Source: an uncultured Chloroflexia bacterium (lineage in GTDB: Bacteria; Chloroflexota; Limnocylindria; Limnocylindrales; CSP1-4). Taken from it: a stretch of DNA of 64,000 nt. The notes beneath the pieces are model-generated. The model was not told the origin of the DNA and did not search any database. It was given only the letters and a program-made list of their open reading frames with translations. The DNA lies in contig CAWFXA010000003.1 in the NCBI GenBank assembly GCA_963819655.1, positions 672,001 through 736,000 of the forward strand, given 5' to 3'. Of this stretch, positions 8,943-19,452 are shown piece by piece (positions within the stretch are counted from its first letter, which is position 1; the number at the start of each line of letters is the position of its first letter). Made by a program: the position numbers and the translations under genes.

Positions 8943-9962
8943 TCAGCGAGCGACCGCCGCGGCGGACCGGCGGGCCTCGGCGAGCACGGCGTCGCGTGCG
9001 CGGTCCATGGGGAGCGGCACGGTCGCGCCGGCCGCCCGGGCATGCCCGCCGCCCCCGAAGATCCCGGTCAGGACGGTCGCGTCTACCCCACCCGGCTTGG
9101 TGCGCACGCTGATACGAGTCCCGTCCGCCGCCTCCTTGAACAGGATCGCCACCTCGGCATCCTCGGCCTGGGCGAGCAGGTCGATGATGCCCTCGGCGTG
9201 CGGCGGTTGGGTGCCGGTCGCCACGAGATCCGCGTCGAACAGCGTCGATGCGACGACGCGGCCCGCATCGAAGCTCTCGAGCCGGTCGAGGACGCGGCCG
9301 AACAGCCGCAGCTGGACCGCCGGCTTTGAGCGATACAGGCGACGCGAGATGTCCGACAGCGGCGCACCCGCGTCCACCAGCGCGGCGGAGACCGCGAGCG
9401 TTCGCGGCGTGGAATTCGGATGGGCGAAGGTCGCGGTGTCCATGACGATCCCTGCCATCAGGGCGGTCGCCAATGCCCCGCCGGCGGCATCGAGCGGGAC
9501 GCCCAGTCTGACGGCGAGCAACGTGACCATCTCGCAGGTCGCTGCGGCCGCAGGGTCGATCCAGTCGGCTTCTCCCGCAGCCTCGTTCGAGGCGTGGTGG
9601 TCGATGACGACACGTGCAAGGCGGTCGAACAGGTCCCGATGTCTTTCGCCGACCGCCCCCACGCGCTCCAGCGTCGCGCAATCGGAGATCACGAGCAGGT
9701 CGTAGTCAGCGTCCGGGTCGGGGTCGGTCCGAAACCGGTCGACGCCCTCGAGGAAGTCGTACAGCGGCGGGACGGGGTCCGTGCACACCGGGTCGGCCGT
9801 GCCGCCGAACGCCTCGACGAGATGGACGATCGCAAGCGTAGCGCCCAGGGTGTCGGCATCGGGGTTCTCGTGGCTGACGGCGAGCACCCGTCGCGCGTTG
9901 CGGATCCGCTCGACCACGACATCGGGCACGGCGTCGAGGTAGACCGCCAGGTCGACGGTCAT
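8943..9962 (-). CDS. nrnA: DHH-DHHA1 phosphoesterase (NrnA-like nanoRNase/pAp phosphatase)
   Basis: HENPDAD, IDHH, DTATF and GGGGHARAAG; located between rbfA and truB. Confidence 0.9.
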   Translation of the reverse strand: MTVDLAVYLDAVPDVVVERIRNARRVLAVSHENPDADTLGATLAIVHLVEAFGGTADPVCTDPVPPLYDFLEGVDRFRTDPDPDADYDLLVISDCATLERVGAVGERHRDLFDRLARVVIDHHASNEAAGEADWIDPAAAATCEMVTLLAVRLGVPLDAAGGALATALMAGIVMDTATFAHPNSTPRTLAVSAALVDAGAPLSDISRRLYRSKPAVQLRLFGRVLDRLESFDAGRVVASTLFDADLVATGTQPPHAEGIIDLLAQAEDAEVAILFKEAADGTRISVRTKPGGVDATVLTGIFGGGGHARAAGATVPLPMDRARDAVLAEARRSAAAVAR

Positions 9963-10465
9963 CGGTGCTTCCGTGGGGCGGGTCGGCCCGTCGGTCTGCC
10001 GCGACGGCGCGGCTTGGGCGGCACGACGGCCGATGGAGGCTCCTCCGCCGAATCGCCCTCGTGATGCACGCGGGCGACGGGTGTCGGCAGCGTCTCGCCG
10101 AGCGGCAAGTCGCTCTCAGGTGCCGTTCCTGCACTGAGCTCATCGAGCAGGTGCAGGACACGCGTACCGCGCTCCGCCGCATCGTCGAGCTCGACGTGCA
10201 GGTCCGGGATCCGCTTCAGCCGCAGGTTCCGGCCAAGTTCACGCCGCACGAACGGCATCGCCCGCGCGAGCGCCGCGATCGTCTGGGTCCGCTCCTTCGG
10301 CTGGCCGATGACGCTGACCCACACCTTGGCGTGCCGCAGGTCGGGCGTCGTCTCGACCTTTGTGATGGTCGCGAACCCGATCCGCGGATCCGCGACCTCC
10401 CGAGTGACGATGACCCCGATCTCCTGCCTCAGCAGCTCGTCGATCCGGTCAGTACGCTGACTCAC
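9959..10465 (-). CDS. rbfA: Ribosome-binding factor A with C-terminal tail
   Basis: DPRIGFATIT.V..TPDLRHAKVWVS and LKRIPDL; follows infB. Confidence 0.94.
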   Translation of the reverse strand: MSQRTDRIDELLRQEIGVIVTREVADPRIGFATITKVETTPDLRHAKVWVSVIGQPKERTQTIAALARAMPFVRRELGRNLRLKRIPDLHVELDDAAERGTRVLHLLDELSAGTAPESDLPLGETLPTPVARVHHEGDSAEEPPSAVVPPKPRRRGRPTGRPAPRKHR

Positions 10466-10471
10466 CGGGCA

Positions 10472-12379
10472 TCAAGCGGTCGCGACGCGTGACACCGTCT
10501 GGCTGGTGAAACATTCGATGATGTCGCCTTCCTCGAGGTCCGTGAACGATGCGAGGCCGATGCCGCACTCGTAGTTCGCCTGGACTTCGCGGACGTCGTC
10601 GCGGAACCTGCGGAGCGACTCGATCCGGTCGGTGGCGATGACCTTGCCTCCGCGCCAGACACGCGCGCCGCCGCGGACGATACGTCCGTCGGTGACATAC
10701 GACCCGGCGATGACCGTGTTCTTGCCGACTCGGATGACCTGGCGGACCTCCGCGCGGCCCTCGACGACCTCGATGATCTCCGGCTCGAGGAGGCCCTTGA
10801 GTGCCGCTTCGATGTCGTCGGTCAGCTTGTAGATGATGTCGTAGAGGCGGACATCGACCCCTTCGGCCTCGGCCGCCCGTCGGGCGGTGTCGGTGATCGA
10901 CGTGCTGAAGCCGACGACGATCGCATTCGACGCCGCGGCCAGCATGATGTCGTTGTCGGTGATGTCGCCGGCGGCCTCATGCAGGATGTTGATGCGGACC
11001 TCGTCCTGATCGAGCTGCTCGAGTGCATGGGTGATGGCACCGAGCGAGCCGGACACGTCCGACTTGAGGATGATCCGCAGCTCCTTGGCCTGGCCGGCCT
11101 GGATCTGGCGATACAGGTCCTCCAGGGTCGCGCGACCGCTTCCTTCGCCGCCCTTTGCGGCGAGCTGGCCCTTGCGCGCGTCGACCAGGGCGCGGGCAGC
11201 CTTGTCATCGGCCACGACGCGCAGGATGTCGCCGGCCTCCGGGACCTCCGAGAGCCCGAGCACGACGACGGCGCTGGCGGGGCCCGCCTGCTTGACGCGC
11301 TTGCCGCGATCGTTCTCGAGCGCCCGGACGCGACCGAACGTCTCGCCGACGACGATGATGTCGCCGACATTGAGCGTGCCGGTCTGGACCAGGGCGGTCG
11401 CGACGGCGCCGCGGTTCTTGTCCATCTGCGCCTCGACGATCGTGCCGATCGCGGGGCGGTCCGGATTCGCCTTGAGCTCCTGCAGGTCTGCGACCAGCAG
11501 GACCATCTCGATCAGCTCGTCGAGGCCCTGGCGGGTCTTCGCCGAAACGGGCACGAGCGGGACTTCGCCGCCGTACTCCTCGATGACGATGCCGGCCTCG
11601 GTCAGCTCGGTCTTCACCCGGGTTGGGTCGGCGTCCGGCTTGTCGATCTTGTTGAGTGCGATGATGATCGGCACCTTCGCGGCCTTGGCGTGGCTGATCG
11701 CCTCGAGCGTCTGGGGCATCACGCCGTCGTCGGCGGCAACCACGATGATCGCGATGTCGGTGACGCGGGCTCCGCGCGCACGCATCGCCGTGAACGCCTC
11801 ATGACCGGGCGTGTCCAGAAAGACGACGCGCTTGCCGTCGTGGACGACCTCCGACGCGCCGATGTGCTGGGTGATGCCACCCCGCTCCCCCGCTGCGACC
11901 TCGGTCGAGCGGAGCGCATCGAGCAGGCTTGTCTTGCCGTGGTCGACGTGGCCCATGACCGTCACGATCGGTGCACGCGGCTGGAGCTTCTTCGGGTCGT
12001 CCTCCTCGAAGAGGACTTCCTTGGTCGCCTCGGGCGCGGCGCCGTCGGTCTCGCCGTCGGGGCCGGTCCCGTTCGTCGACGCGGCGACGGTCTCCGCCAC
12101 CTCGTAGCCGAGCTCGGACGCGACGAGCGACGCCGTGTCGCGGTCGATCAGCTGGTTGATCGTCGCGAAGATGCCGCTCTTGATCAGCTCGCGGATGACA
12201 TCCGCGACATTGACCGAGAGGAGGTCGGCGAGCTCCTTGACGGTGATGGTGCCGGGCAGCTCGATCGCCCCGCGCTCGCGGGGATCGACGACCTGCACGG
12301 GCGATGTGAACGCGTTGTCGCGGCGCGGCGGCTTGCGCGGCCCGCGACGGCCGCGGGTGCCGCTCCTACTCCTGGCCAC
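10472..12379 (-). CDS. infB: Translation initiation factor IF-2 (short form)
   Basis: [33 protein letters not shown] and ECGI. Confidence 0.97.
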   Translation of the reverse strand: MARSRSGTRGRRGPRKPPRRDNAFTSPVQVVDPRERGAIELPGTITVKELADLLSVNVADVIRELIKSGIFATINQLIDRDTASLVASELGYEVAETVAASTNGTGPDGETDGAAPEATKEVLFEEDDPKKLQPRAPIVTVMGHVDHGKTSLLDALRSTEVAAGERGGITQHIGASEVVHDGKRVVFLDTPGHEAFTAMRARGARVTDIAIIVVAADDGVMPQTLEAISHAKAAKVPIIIALNKIDKPDADPTRVKTELTEAGIVIEEYGGEVPLVPVSAKTRQGLDELIEMVLLVADLQELKANPDRPAIGTIVEAQMDKNRGAVATALVQTGTLNVGDIIVVGETFGRVRALENDRGKRVKQAGPASAVVVLGLSEVPEAGDILRVVADDKAARALVDARKGQLAAKGGEGSGRATLEDLYRQIQAGQAKELRIILKSDVSGSLGAITHALEQLDQDEVRINILHEAAGDITDNDIMLAAASNAIVVGFSTSITDTARRAAEAEGVDVRLYDIIYKLTDDIEAALKGLLEPEIIEVVEGRAEVRQVIRVGKNTVIAGSYVTDGRIVRGGARVWRGGKVIATDRIESLRRFRDDVREVQANYECGIGLASFTDLEEGDIIECFTSQTVSRVATA

Positions 12380-12698
12380 GGGCTCCTCCTTCGATGGTGT
12401 TCGTGGTTGTGGCCCCCGGGTCGACGCTCGCGAGGAACGCCGCCGGAAGCGGGATCTCCAGCGCCCGTCTCAGGGCGCCTTTCTTGATGGCGATGGAAAG
12501 ACAGTCGGTGTCGTGACAGACGTACGCCCCGCGGCCCGCGAGTCGCCCCGTCGGATCGACCACGACCTCACCCGCCGGTGTCCGGACGATCCGCTGCAGG
12601 TCGCGCTTTGCACGCGACGTGCGGCACGCCACGCACGTCCGCGTCGGGACGCGTCGCGGCGTCTCGGCCGTAGCCGCGCGTCCGGCGGGCGCGGCTAC
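12366..12698 (-). CDS. ylxR: YlxR/RnpM-family RNA-binding protein (start uncertain, probably non-canonical GTA)
   Basis: PTRTCVACR...L.RIV...GRGAYVC...C; sits between nusA and infB. Confidence 0.85.
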   Translation of the reverse strand, partial: VAAPAGRAATAETPRRVPTRTCVACRTSRAKRDLQRIVRTPAGEVVVDPTGRLAGRGAYVCHDTDCLSIAIKKGALRRALEIPLPAAFLASVDPGATTTNTIEGGARGQE

Positions 12699-14185
12699 GG
12701 CGCCACCTCCTCGGCCGGTTCGGTGGCGGGCGAAGGTTCGTCGGCGGGTGCCGGTTCGGTAGCCGGCGCCTCGACGGCGGCACCATCGTCGGAGTCGGTC
12801 GAGGCGGTCGAGGCGGCCGCTGCGGCCTTCTTCGTCGTTCGCTTCGGCTTGGCGGGCGCCTCCGCGGTCACGCCGTCGGTCGACGCGGTCGTACCGTTCG
12901 CCGACGCGGTCGTACCGTCTGCCACCTCCGCCGCCTCCGCCGCCTCCGCCGCCTCTGCCGCGGCCGCGGCCTTCTTGGTGACACGCTTCGGCTTCGCGGC
13001 CGCGGCCCGCTTCGTCGGGGCGGCCTCCTCGGTGGCGGGCTCGCCTCCGACCGCGGCTGCGGCATCGGCCGGAGAGGCGGCGCCGTCGGTGCTCCCGCCG
13101 TCGATCGCGGCCGGTTGCGTCGCCTCCGCCTCGGCGGCGGCCTTCGCCTCGGCGACCGAGACGTCGCTCCGGATGTCGATCCGCCAGCCGGTCAGGCGAG
13201 CGGCGAGCCGCGCGTTCTGCCCCTCGCGGCCGATGGCCAGCGACAGCATCCGCTCGGGCACGGTGACCGACGCGATGCGCTTCTCCTCGTCGATGTCGAC
13301 CGACAGGACCTGGGCAGGGCTCAACGCATTGGCCACGAACACGGCCGGGTCGTCGCTCCACGGGATGACGTCGATCTTCTCGCCGGCCAGCTCGGCCACG
13401 ACGGCCTGGACACGGGCGCCCCGCTGTCCGACCGTCGCTCCGACCGGGTCGAGCCCATCCTGGCGAGACGAGACCGCGACCTTCGAGCGGCTGCCCGCCT
13501 CGCGCGCGATGGCCTTGATCTCGACCGTCCCGGAATGGATCTCGGGCACCTCGAGCTCGAACAGACGGCGCAGGAAGCCCTTGTGGGTGCGGCTGACGAA
13601 GATCTGTGGACCACGCACCGAGCGCCGCACCTCGAGCACGAACGCCTTGACGTTCTGGCCGATGCGGTAGTGCTCGAGCGCGCTCTGCTCGGTCGTGGCC
13701 AGGATCGCTTCCGTGTTCTTGCCGACGTCGAGGATGATCGCGCGCGGCTCGACCCGGTTGACGGTCCCGGTGATCAGCTCGCCCTCGCGGCTCGCGAACT
13801 GGTCGAAGACCTGGTCGCGCTCGACCTCGCGGATGCGCTGCAACACGATCTGCTTGGCGGTCTGGGCACCGATGCGCCCGAAGACGTCGCCATCGAGCTG
13901 CTCGGTCTCGATCACATCACCCGGCTTGGCGTTGGGGTCGTGCTTGCGGGCGTCCTCGACGGTGATCTGGGTCAGTTCGTCCTCGATCTCTTCGACGACC
14001 AGGCGGGCGCGGTACACGCGGATGCGGCCGGACTCGGCATCGATCTGGACATGGATGTCCTCGTCCCCAGCCACGCGACGATATGCGGACTGGATCCCGT
14101 CCTCCACCGCCCCGATGAGCTGTTCGCGCGAGACCTGCTTCTCCGCATTCAGCTGAAGGAGGGCGCCCACGAAGTCTCGACTCAC
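12695..14185 (-). CDS. nusA: Transcription factor NusA with long Ala/Glu/Lys-rich tail
   Basis: FGRIGAQTAKQ, LFELEVPEI, AREAGSRSKVAV and LAIGREGQNARLAARLTGWRIDI. GTG start with GGAGG. Confidence 0.96.
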   Translation of the reverse strand: MSRDFVGALLQLNAEKQVSREQLIGAVEDGIQSAYRRVAGDEDIHVQIDAESGRIRVYRARLVVEEIEDELTQITVEDARKHDPNAKPGDVIETEQLDGDVFGRIGAQTAKQIVLQRIREVERDQVFDQFASREGELITGTVNRVEPRAIILDVGKNTEAILATTEQSALEHYRIGQNVKAFVLEVRRSVRGPQIFVSRTHKGFLRRLFELEVPEIHSGTVEIKAIAREAGSRSKVAVSSRQDGLDPVGATVGQRGARVQAVVAELAGEKIDVIPWSDDPAVFVANALSPAQVLSVDIDEEKRIASVTVPERMLSLAIGREGQNARLAARLTGWRIDIRSDVSVAEAKAAAEAEATQPAAIDGGSTDGAASPADAAAAVGGEPATEEAAPTKRAAAAKPKRVTKKAAAAAEAAEAAEAAEVADGTTASANGTTASTDGVTAEAPAKPKRTTKKAAAAASTASTDSDDGAAVEAPATEPAPADEPSPATEPAEEVAP

Positions 14186-14229
14186 GATCGCCTCCCTTCC
14201 ACGCCAGATGCCAAGCAACGACCGGTCCG

Positions 14230-14257
14230 AAAAAAATACGTGGGGGTCACCCACGTA
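14230..14257 (-). promoter_or_regulatory. Leader hairpin plus U-tract (rimP/nusA-leader-like attenuator)
   Basis: Minus strand reads TACGTGGG-TGACC-CCCACGTA-TTTTTTT, between a TATACT -10 (14283-14288) and the nusA start. Confidence 0.7.
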
Positions 14258-14381
14258 ACGGAGCGGCCGTTCAGTTGTGCGAAGTATACACCCGGACGCG
14301 TGGACGAGTCGAAGCACGGCCTGCTCGTGCTAGCCTACCGCTCCGTCCGAGCAAACGCGTGGACATGAGGGGAGTCGACCG

Positions 14382-15866
14382 TTGGCCGAGCCGACCGCGC
14401 CCACGCTGCCCCTGATCCAGCGCACCGAGGTCGATGGCGTCCCGCTCCTGTGGGCCGACGCACCAGGCCAGCCGATCCTGGCCCTTCACTTCCGCGTAGG
14501 CCGGGCCGACGAACGCGCCTGGGAAGGCGGCCTGACCCACCTCGTCGAGCATCTCGCGATGGGCACCATCGGCCAGCCCCGCTACGAGCACAACGCGTGG
14601 GTCGATACGACACGGACCGTGTTCTATGCCAACGGGTCGAAGGTCGATGTCGCCTCATTCGGGGGTGCCATCACGACGGCGCTTGCCACCCTGCCCACCG
14701 ACCGGTTGGAGCACGAGCGCTCCATCCTGAAGCGGGAAGCCGCAGGCCAGAGCGCGGGAATCAGCGACAGCCATCTGAACTTCAGGTTCGGGATGGCGGG
14801 TTTCGGGTTGTCGGGTCAGCCGGAATTCGGGCTCGGGGCGGTGACCGCCGGGCGGGTCGCCGAGTGGGCGCGGGAGCGGTTCGGACGCAGCAATGTCATG
14901 GCATTCATGACCGGTCCCCCGCCGGCCGATCTCCGTCTGCAGCTGAACGAGGGCGCCGCGTTCCCGAACCCGCGCCCGATCCCGGAATCGACGGTCCCGC
15001 TGCCGTCGCACGTGAGGACACCCAGCGGCGGTGTCGCGATCGGCTTCCTGCTCGAGCGCAAGATCGGCGCCGGAACGTTCCTCGCGCTCTACCACCGGAT
15101 GCTGCGCCAGCGCCTTCGGCTGGAGCGCGGGCTGATCTACGACGTGTTGGCCGACTACCAGCCCCTCGACGCGACGTGGGCGGCTGCGCTCGTCGGCGGC
15201 GAGTGCGATCCCACGCACGCCCAGGAGGTCGCGGACATCGCGCTGGACGAACTTAGCCGTCTGATGAACGGCGAGGTCGACCAGGCTGAGGTCGACGCCG
15301 AGACCGACGACTTCCGGCAGTCGATCGAGGATCCGACGCAGGTCGCCGGGCTGCTCGACTCGATGGTCCGTGACGAGCTTGCCGGCATGCCGTTCCGGAC
15401 CGCCGAGGATCGCTATCGCGAGCAGCAGGCGACGACGGCCGAACACATCGCCGGCCACGCCGCCCAGGCACGTCGCTCGCTCATCCTGCTCGCCGACGTC
15501 GAGCAGCACACCAGCGACATCGTCGCCTATCCGATGTCGTCGACCGACCTGGTGGCCGGCCGTGAGGTCAAGCCGCTGCTGTCGGTCCTCGGCTTCGGAC
15601 CGAAGGTCCGGCTGACCATCGGCCCGGACGGCGTGTCGCTGCGCGGCAAGGACGGCTCGCTGGCGACCGTGCGCTACGCCGACTGCGTGGTGCTGGAGCG
15701 GCCCAAGGAGGATGAGCTGGTCATGTGGGGCCGCGACCTGTCACGGGTCTACGTGCCGGCGGCCTTCTGGCGGGGCGGCGAGCAAGTCCTGGCCGAGATA
15801 GAAGCTGCCGTGCCGCCCGAGATCGTCGTCCGCGACACGTTCAGCCACGACTACATCGAGGACTGA
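14382..15866 (+). CDS. M16 (inverzincin)-family peptidase-like protein with extra C-terminal domain
   Basis: GLTHLVEHL (HxxEH), NAWV..T.T.FY and ERSILKRE. TTG start after GAGGGGAG. Confidence 0.75.
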   Translation: MAEPTAPTLPLIQRTEVDGVPLLWADAPGQPILALHFRVGRADERAWEGGLTHLVEHLAMGTIGQPRYEHNAWVDTTRTVFYANGSKVDVASFGGAITTALATLPTDRLEHERSILKREAAGQSAGISDSHLNFRFGMAGFGLSGQPEFGLGAVTAGRVAEWARERFGRSNVMAFMTGPPPADLRLQLNEGAAFPNPRPIPESTVPLPSHVRTPSGGVAIGFLLERKIGAGTFLALYHRMLRQRLRLERGLIYDVLADYQPLDATWAAALVGGECDPTHAQEVADIALDELSRLMNGEVDQAEVDAETDDFRQSIEDPTQVAGLLDSMVRDELAGMPFRTAEDRYREQQATTAEHIAGHAAQARRSLILLADVEQHTSDIVAYPMSSTDLVAGREVKPLLSVLGFGPKVRLTIGPDGVSLRGKDGSLATVRYADCVVLERPKEDELVMWGRDLSRVYVPAAFWRGGEQVLAEIEAAVPPEIVVRDTFSHDYIED

Positions 15867-15902
15867 CGGCCTGTCTCGGGCCGACGACGCGCAGGCGCGG
15901 GG

Positions 15903-17147
15903 TCAGCGCGCGGCCGGGACCGCGGGTCCCGGGAACCGCTGCGCGACGTAGTCCTCGAGGATGACGATGAACTCATCGACGAGCCCCTCGCCGCGGAGCG
16001 TGCGATCGAGGCGGCCGTCGATGAACACCGGCGCGACCGGCTCCTCGAAGGTACCGGGCAGGCTGATGCCGATGTCGGCGTGCTTCGATTCGCCCGGGCC
16101 GTTGACGACGCAGCCCATCACCGCCACGCGTAGGTCTTCGGCGCCCGGATGCGTCTCCTTCCACTCCGGCATCCGGTCCTTGAGGTAGGCCTGGATCTGT
16201 TGGGCCATCTCCTGGAAGAACGTCGACGTGGTTCGACCGCAGCCCGGGCAGGCCGAGACCTGGGGCAGGAACGAGCGCAGACCCATCGACTGGAGGACCT
16301 GCTGGGCGATCTCGACCTCGCGCTCGCGCGGGGCGCCCGGCTCCGGGGTGAGCGAGACGCGGATCGTGTCTCCGATCCCCTCGTGCAGCAGGATCGCCAG
16401 GCCGGCCGTCGACGCGATGACGCCCTTGTCGCCCATCCCGGCCTCGGTCAGGCCGAGGTGGAGCGGGTAGTCGCAGCGGGCGGCGAGCAGGCGGTAGACG
16501 TCGACGAGGTCGCGAACGCCACTGACCTTGGCGCTGATGATGATCCGGTCGTGGCCGAGCCCGGTCGCCTCCGCGAGCTCGGCCGAGCGGAGCGCCGACT
16601 GGAGCATCGCCTCGATCATGACGTCGCGCGAGTCCCGCGGCTCGGATAGCTGGGCATTCGCGTCCATGAGCTCGGTCAGGATCGCCTGGTCGAGCGAGCC
16701 CCAGTTGACACCGATGCGGACCGGCTTGTCGTTGTCGATCGCGACCTTGACGATCGTCGCGAAGTGCTCGTCGTGGCGCTTGGCGCCGACGTTGCCGGGG
16801 TTGATCCGGTATTTGGCGAGCAGGCTGGCCGCTTCGGGATACTCCACGAGGAGCTTGTGCCCGTTGTAGTGGAAGTCCCCGATGATCGGGACATCGACCC
16901 CCAGGCCGCGGACCTTGCGGACCATCTCGGGCACGGCCGCTGCGGCTTCCTCGGTGTTCACGGTCACGCGGACGAGCTCGGACCCTGCGTGGGCCAGACG
17001 CGCGACCTGGATCGCGGTCGCGTCCGGATCGGCGGTGTCCGTGTTCGTCATCGACTGGACCACGATCGGATGGGCGCCACCGACCGGGACGCCGCCCACA
17101 TCGACGGTGACGGAGTTCCTGCGCACTGGGGCCTCGGCCTGGGTCAA
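15903..17147 (-). CDS. ispG: HMB-PP synthase IspG
   Basis: [28 protein letters not shown] and [10 protein letters not shown]. Confidence 0.96.
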   Translation of the reverse strand: MTQAEAPVRRNSVTVDVGGVPVGGAHPIVVQSMTNTDTADPDATAIQVARLAHAGSELVRVTVNTEEAAAAVPEMVRKVRGLGVDVPIIGDFHYNGHKLLVEYPEAASLLAKYRINPGNVGAKRHDEHFATIVKVAIDNDKPVRIGVNWGSLDQAILTELMDANAQLSEPRDSRDVMIEAMLQSALRSAELAEATGLGHDRIIISAKVSGVRDLVDVYRLLAARCDYPLHLGLTEAGMGDKGVIASTAGLAILLHEGIGDTIRVSLTPEPGAPREREVEIAQQVLQSMGLRSFLPQVSACPGCGRTTSTFFQEMAQQIQAYLKDRMPEWKETHPGAEDLRVAVMGCVVNGPGESKHADIGISLPGTFEEPVAPVFIDGRLDRTLRGEGLVDEFIVILEDYVAQRFPGPAVPAAR

Positions 17148-18268
17148 GGAGCGGCTGGTGGCGGTCCCCCGCCGAGGGTCCTGATGATGTCGAACCCGGA
17201 GACCCAGATGATGAATCCGAACAGGAACACGAACCCGACCAGATAGGTCAGCTGCTCCGCGCGCACGCTGATACGCCGGCCGAAGATGCGCTTGAGCGTG
17301 ATCATCAGCATCCGCCCGCCATCGAGCGGTGGGAAGGGCAGGATGTTCACGACGGCGAGGTTCGCCGACAGGATGCCCGCGACGTACAGGGTCATGATCG
17401 GGCCGGCGTTGAAGAACACGTCACCGATCTGCGTCGCGATGCCGATCGGCCCGGACACGGGCGGCGGCGCGGTCGGGTCAGCGGCCACGGACGCGACGAG
17501 CGATCCCAGGCCCCCGATGATCAGGCCCATCCAGCGGATGGTGTGATCCGAGCCGACCTGCACGGCAGTTCCCAGGTCATTGGTGGTCGTGGCCCCATCG
17601 AAATAGGCCTCGAACGGCTTGGTGTTGCCGACGATCCCGAGGGCACCCTGGCCCGCGTCGATTGCCGCCTGGTCGCGGAGGGTGACCGTGACGTCGCGCC
17701 GGGACCCATCGGGGTTGTCGATGGTGAGGACGACTGTGTCCCCGGCGTGCCCGCGCAGGCCCCCGATGATCGCGGGGCCGGTCATGAGCTGATAGCGCTG
17801 ACCGTCGATGGCGACGATCGCGTCACCCGGCATCAAGCCGGCCTGGGCGGCCGGCGAACCGGGCTCGACCTCATGGAACCTGATGCCGGCCAGCGGCGAC
17901 GCGAGCCACACGATGCCGGCGAAGATCACGAACGCCAAAGCGAGGTTCATCACGACACCGGACACGAGGATGAGCAGGCGGACCGGCAGGCTCTGCGCCG
18001 AGAATGCCCGCGGATCGCCGCTCCGGTCGCCGTCTTCGCCCTCGAGCTTCACGAAGCCGCCGATGGGCAGCCAGTTCAGGGTGTACAGCGTCTCGCCCTT
18101 CGATCTCAGGACCTTCGCCCGTGGCGGGAAGCCGATCCCGAACTCGAGGACGCGCACGCGCGCGAGGCGGGCGGTGATGAAGTGACCCAGCTCGTGGATG
18201 ACCACGAGCGTGCCCAGGATGCCGAAGAACAGGACGATCGTGACGATCGTCTGGAGGGCGTCGGTCAC
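17144..18268 (-). CDS. rseP: Site-2 protease RseP (M50, PDZ)
   Basis: [14 protein letters not shown], a PDZ segment and [11 protein letters not shown]. Confidence 0.93.
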   Translation of the reverse strand: MTDALQTIVTIVLFFGILGTLVVIHELGHFITARLARVRVLEFGIGFPPRAKVLRSKGETLYTLNWLPIGGFVKLEGEDGDRSGDPRAFSAQSLPVRLLILVSGVVMNLALAFVIFAGIVWLASPLAGIRFHEVEPGSPAAQAGLMPGDAIVAIDGQRYQLMTGPAIIGGLRGHAGDTVVLTIDNPDGSRRDVTVTLRDQAAIDAGQGALGIVGNTKPFEAYFDGATTTNDLGTAVQVGSDHTIRWMGLIIGGLGSLVASVAADPTAPPPVSGPIGIATQIGDVFFNAGPIMTLYVAGILSANLAVVNILPFPPLDGGRMLMITLKRIFGRRISVRAEQLTYLVGFVFLFGFIIWVSGFDIIRTLGGGPPPAAP

Positions 18269-19452
18269 GCCGGACCTCCCACGGACCCGGTCGCGAACGC
18301 CGCGCGGACCTCGGCGTCGAGGGCGATGAGCTCGTCGACGTCTGGCTCGCTCGGTCCGGTGCCCTCGCCGACGCCGAAGCGCTCGACGGCCGCCTCCAGC
18401 ACTCGCGGGATGCCGAGGAAGTCGAGGGATCCGGCGAGGAAGCGGGTCACTGCGACGTCGTCCGCGGCGATCAACGCGGCCGAGGCGCGCGGGCCTGCGA
18501 TCCCGGCCTCGCGCGCGATGCGGAGCGCCGGGAAGCGGTCCTCATCGGGCGCTCGGAAATCGAGTCGCGCCGTCGCGATCAGGTCGGGTGGGGCGGCGGG
18601 CGACGGTCGGCGGTCGGGGTAAGTCATGGCGTACTGGATCGGGAGGCGCATATCCGGGGTGCCCAATTGGGCCTTCAGGGAGCCGTCGACGAACCGGACG
18701 GCGGAGTGGACGACGCTCTGCGGGTGGATGACCACCTCGATCGCCTCGTACGCGACATCGTACAGCCAGTGCGCTTCGATGACCTCCAGGCCCTTGTTCG
18801 CGAGCGTCGCCGAGTCGATGGTGATCTTGTTGCCCATCGTCCAGGTCGGGTGATGCAGCGCGGCCTCCGGGGTCACCGCCGCGAGCTGACCGGGCGTCGC
18901 GTCGAGGAACGGTCCGCCCGAGGCAGTCAGGATCAGCGCCTCGACCGAGGCCATCGATTCACCGACGAGGCACTGCCACAGTGCCGAGTGCTCCGAATCG
19001 ATCGGGCGGAGCCAGGCGAGCGGGCTGGCGAACGGGTCGCCAGGAGTCGCGGACGCGACCCCCGCGGCATGACCGCGTGCAATGGGCATGACCAGGTGCC
19101 CGCCCGCGACGAGCGTTTCCTTGTTCGCGGTCGCGACGACCTTGCCCGCCGCGAGCGCCGCCAGGACCGGCCGCAGGCTGACGATGCCGCCGGTGGCGAC
19201 GACCACGAGGTCGACGTCGTCGCGCGTCGCGAACTCGATCAGCGTGGCGTCGGACGGCGTCACCGCAGAGGTGGTCGGGTTCAGTCGCGCGACCTGCTCG
19301 TCCAGCGCGGCACGGTTCGAGCCCGTCGCCAGCGCGACCGCGTGGAATGCCTCGGGGTGCGCGACCAGGACGTCGACGACCTGGTGCCCGATCGAGCCAG
19401 TCGACCCGAGGAGGGCGACGCCGCGGGACCTAGGCGATGACGGCGACGACAT
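18265..19452 (-). CDS. dxr: 1-deoxy-D-xylulose-5-phosphate reductoisomerase
   Basis: [39 protein letters not shown] and [10 protein letters not shown]. Confidence 0.95.
   Translation of the reverse strand: MSSPSSPRSRGVALLGSTGSIGHQVVDVLVAHPEAFHAVALATGSNRAALDEQVARLNPTTSAVTPSDATLIEFATRDDVDLVVVATGGIVSLRPVLAALAAGKVVATANKETLVAGGHLVMPIARGHAAGVASATPGDPFASPLAWLRPIDSEHSALWQCLVGESMASVEALILTASGGPFLDATPGQLAAVTPEAALHHPTWTMGNKITIDSATLANKGLEVIEAHWLYDVAYEAIEVVIHPQSVVHSAVRFVDGSLKAQLGTPDMRLPIQYAMTYPDRRPSPAAPPDLIATARLDFRAPDEDRFPALRIAREAGIAGPRASAALIAADDVAVTRFLAGSLDFLGIPRVLEAAVERFGVGEGTGPSEPDVDELIALDAEVRAAFATGSVGGPA

Noticed and set aside
12881-12960. Short tandem repeats as a possible CRISPR array or phase-variation tract
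   Set aside because: They are in-frame 9- and 21-nt-period repeats encoding the low-complexity NusA tail, with no spacers or cas genes.
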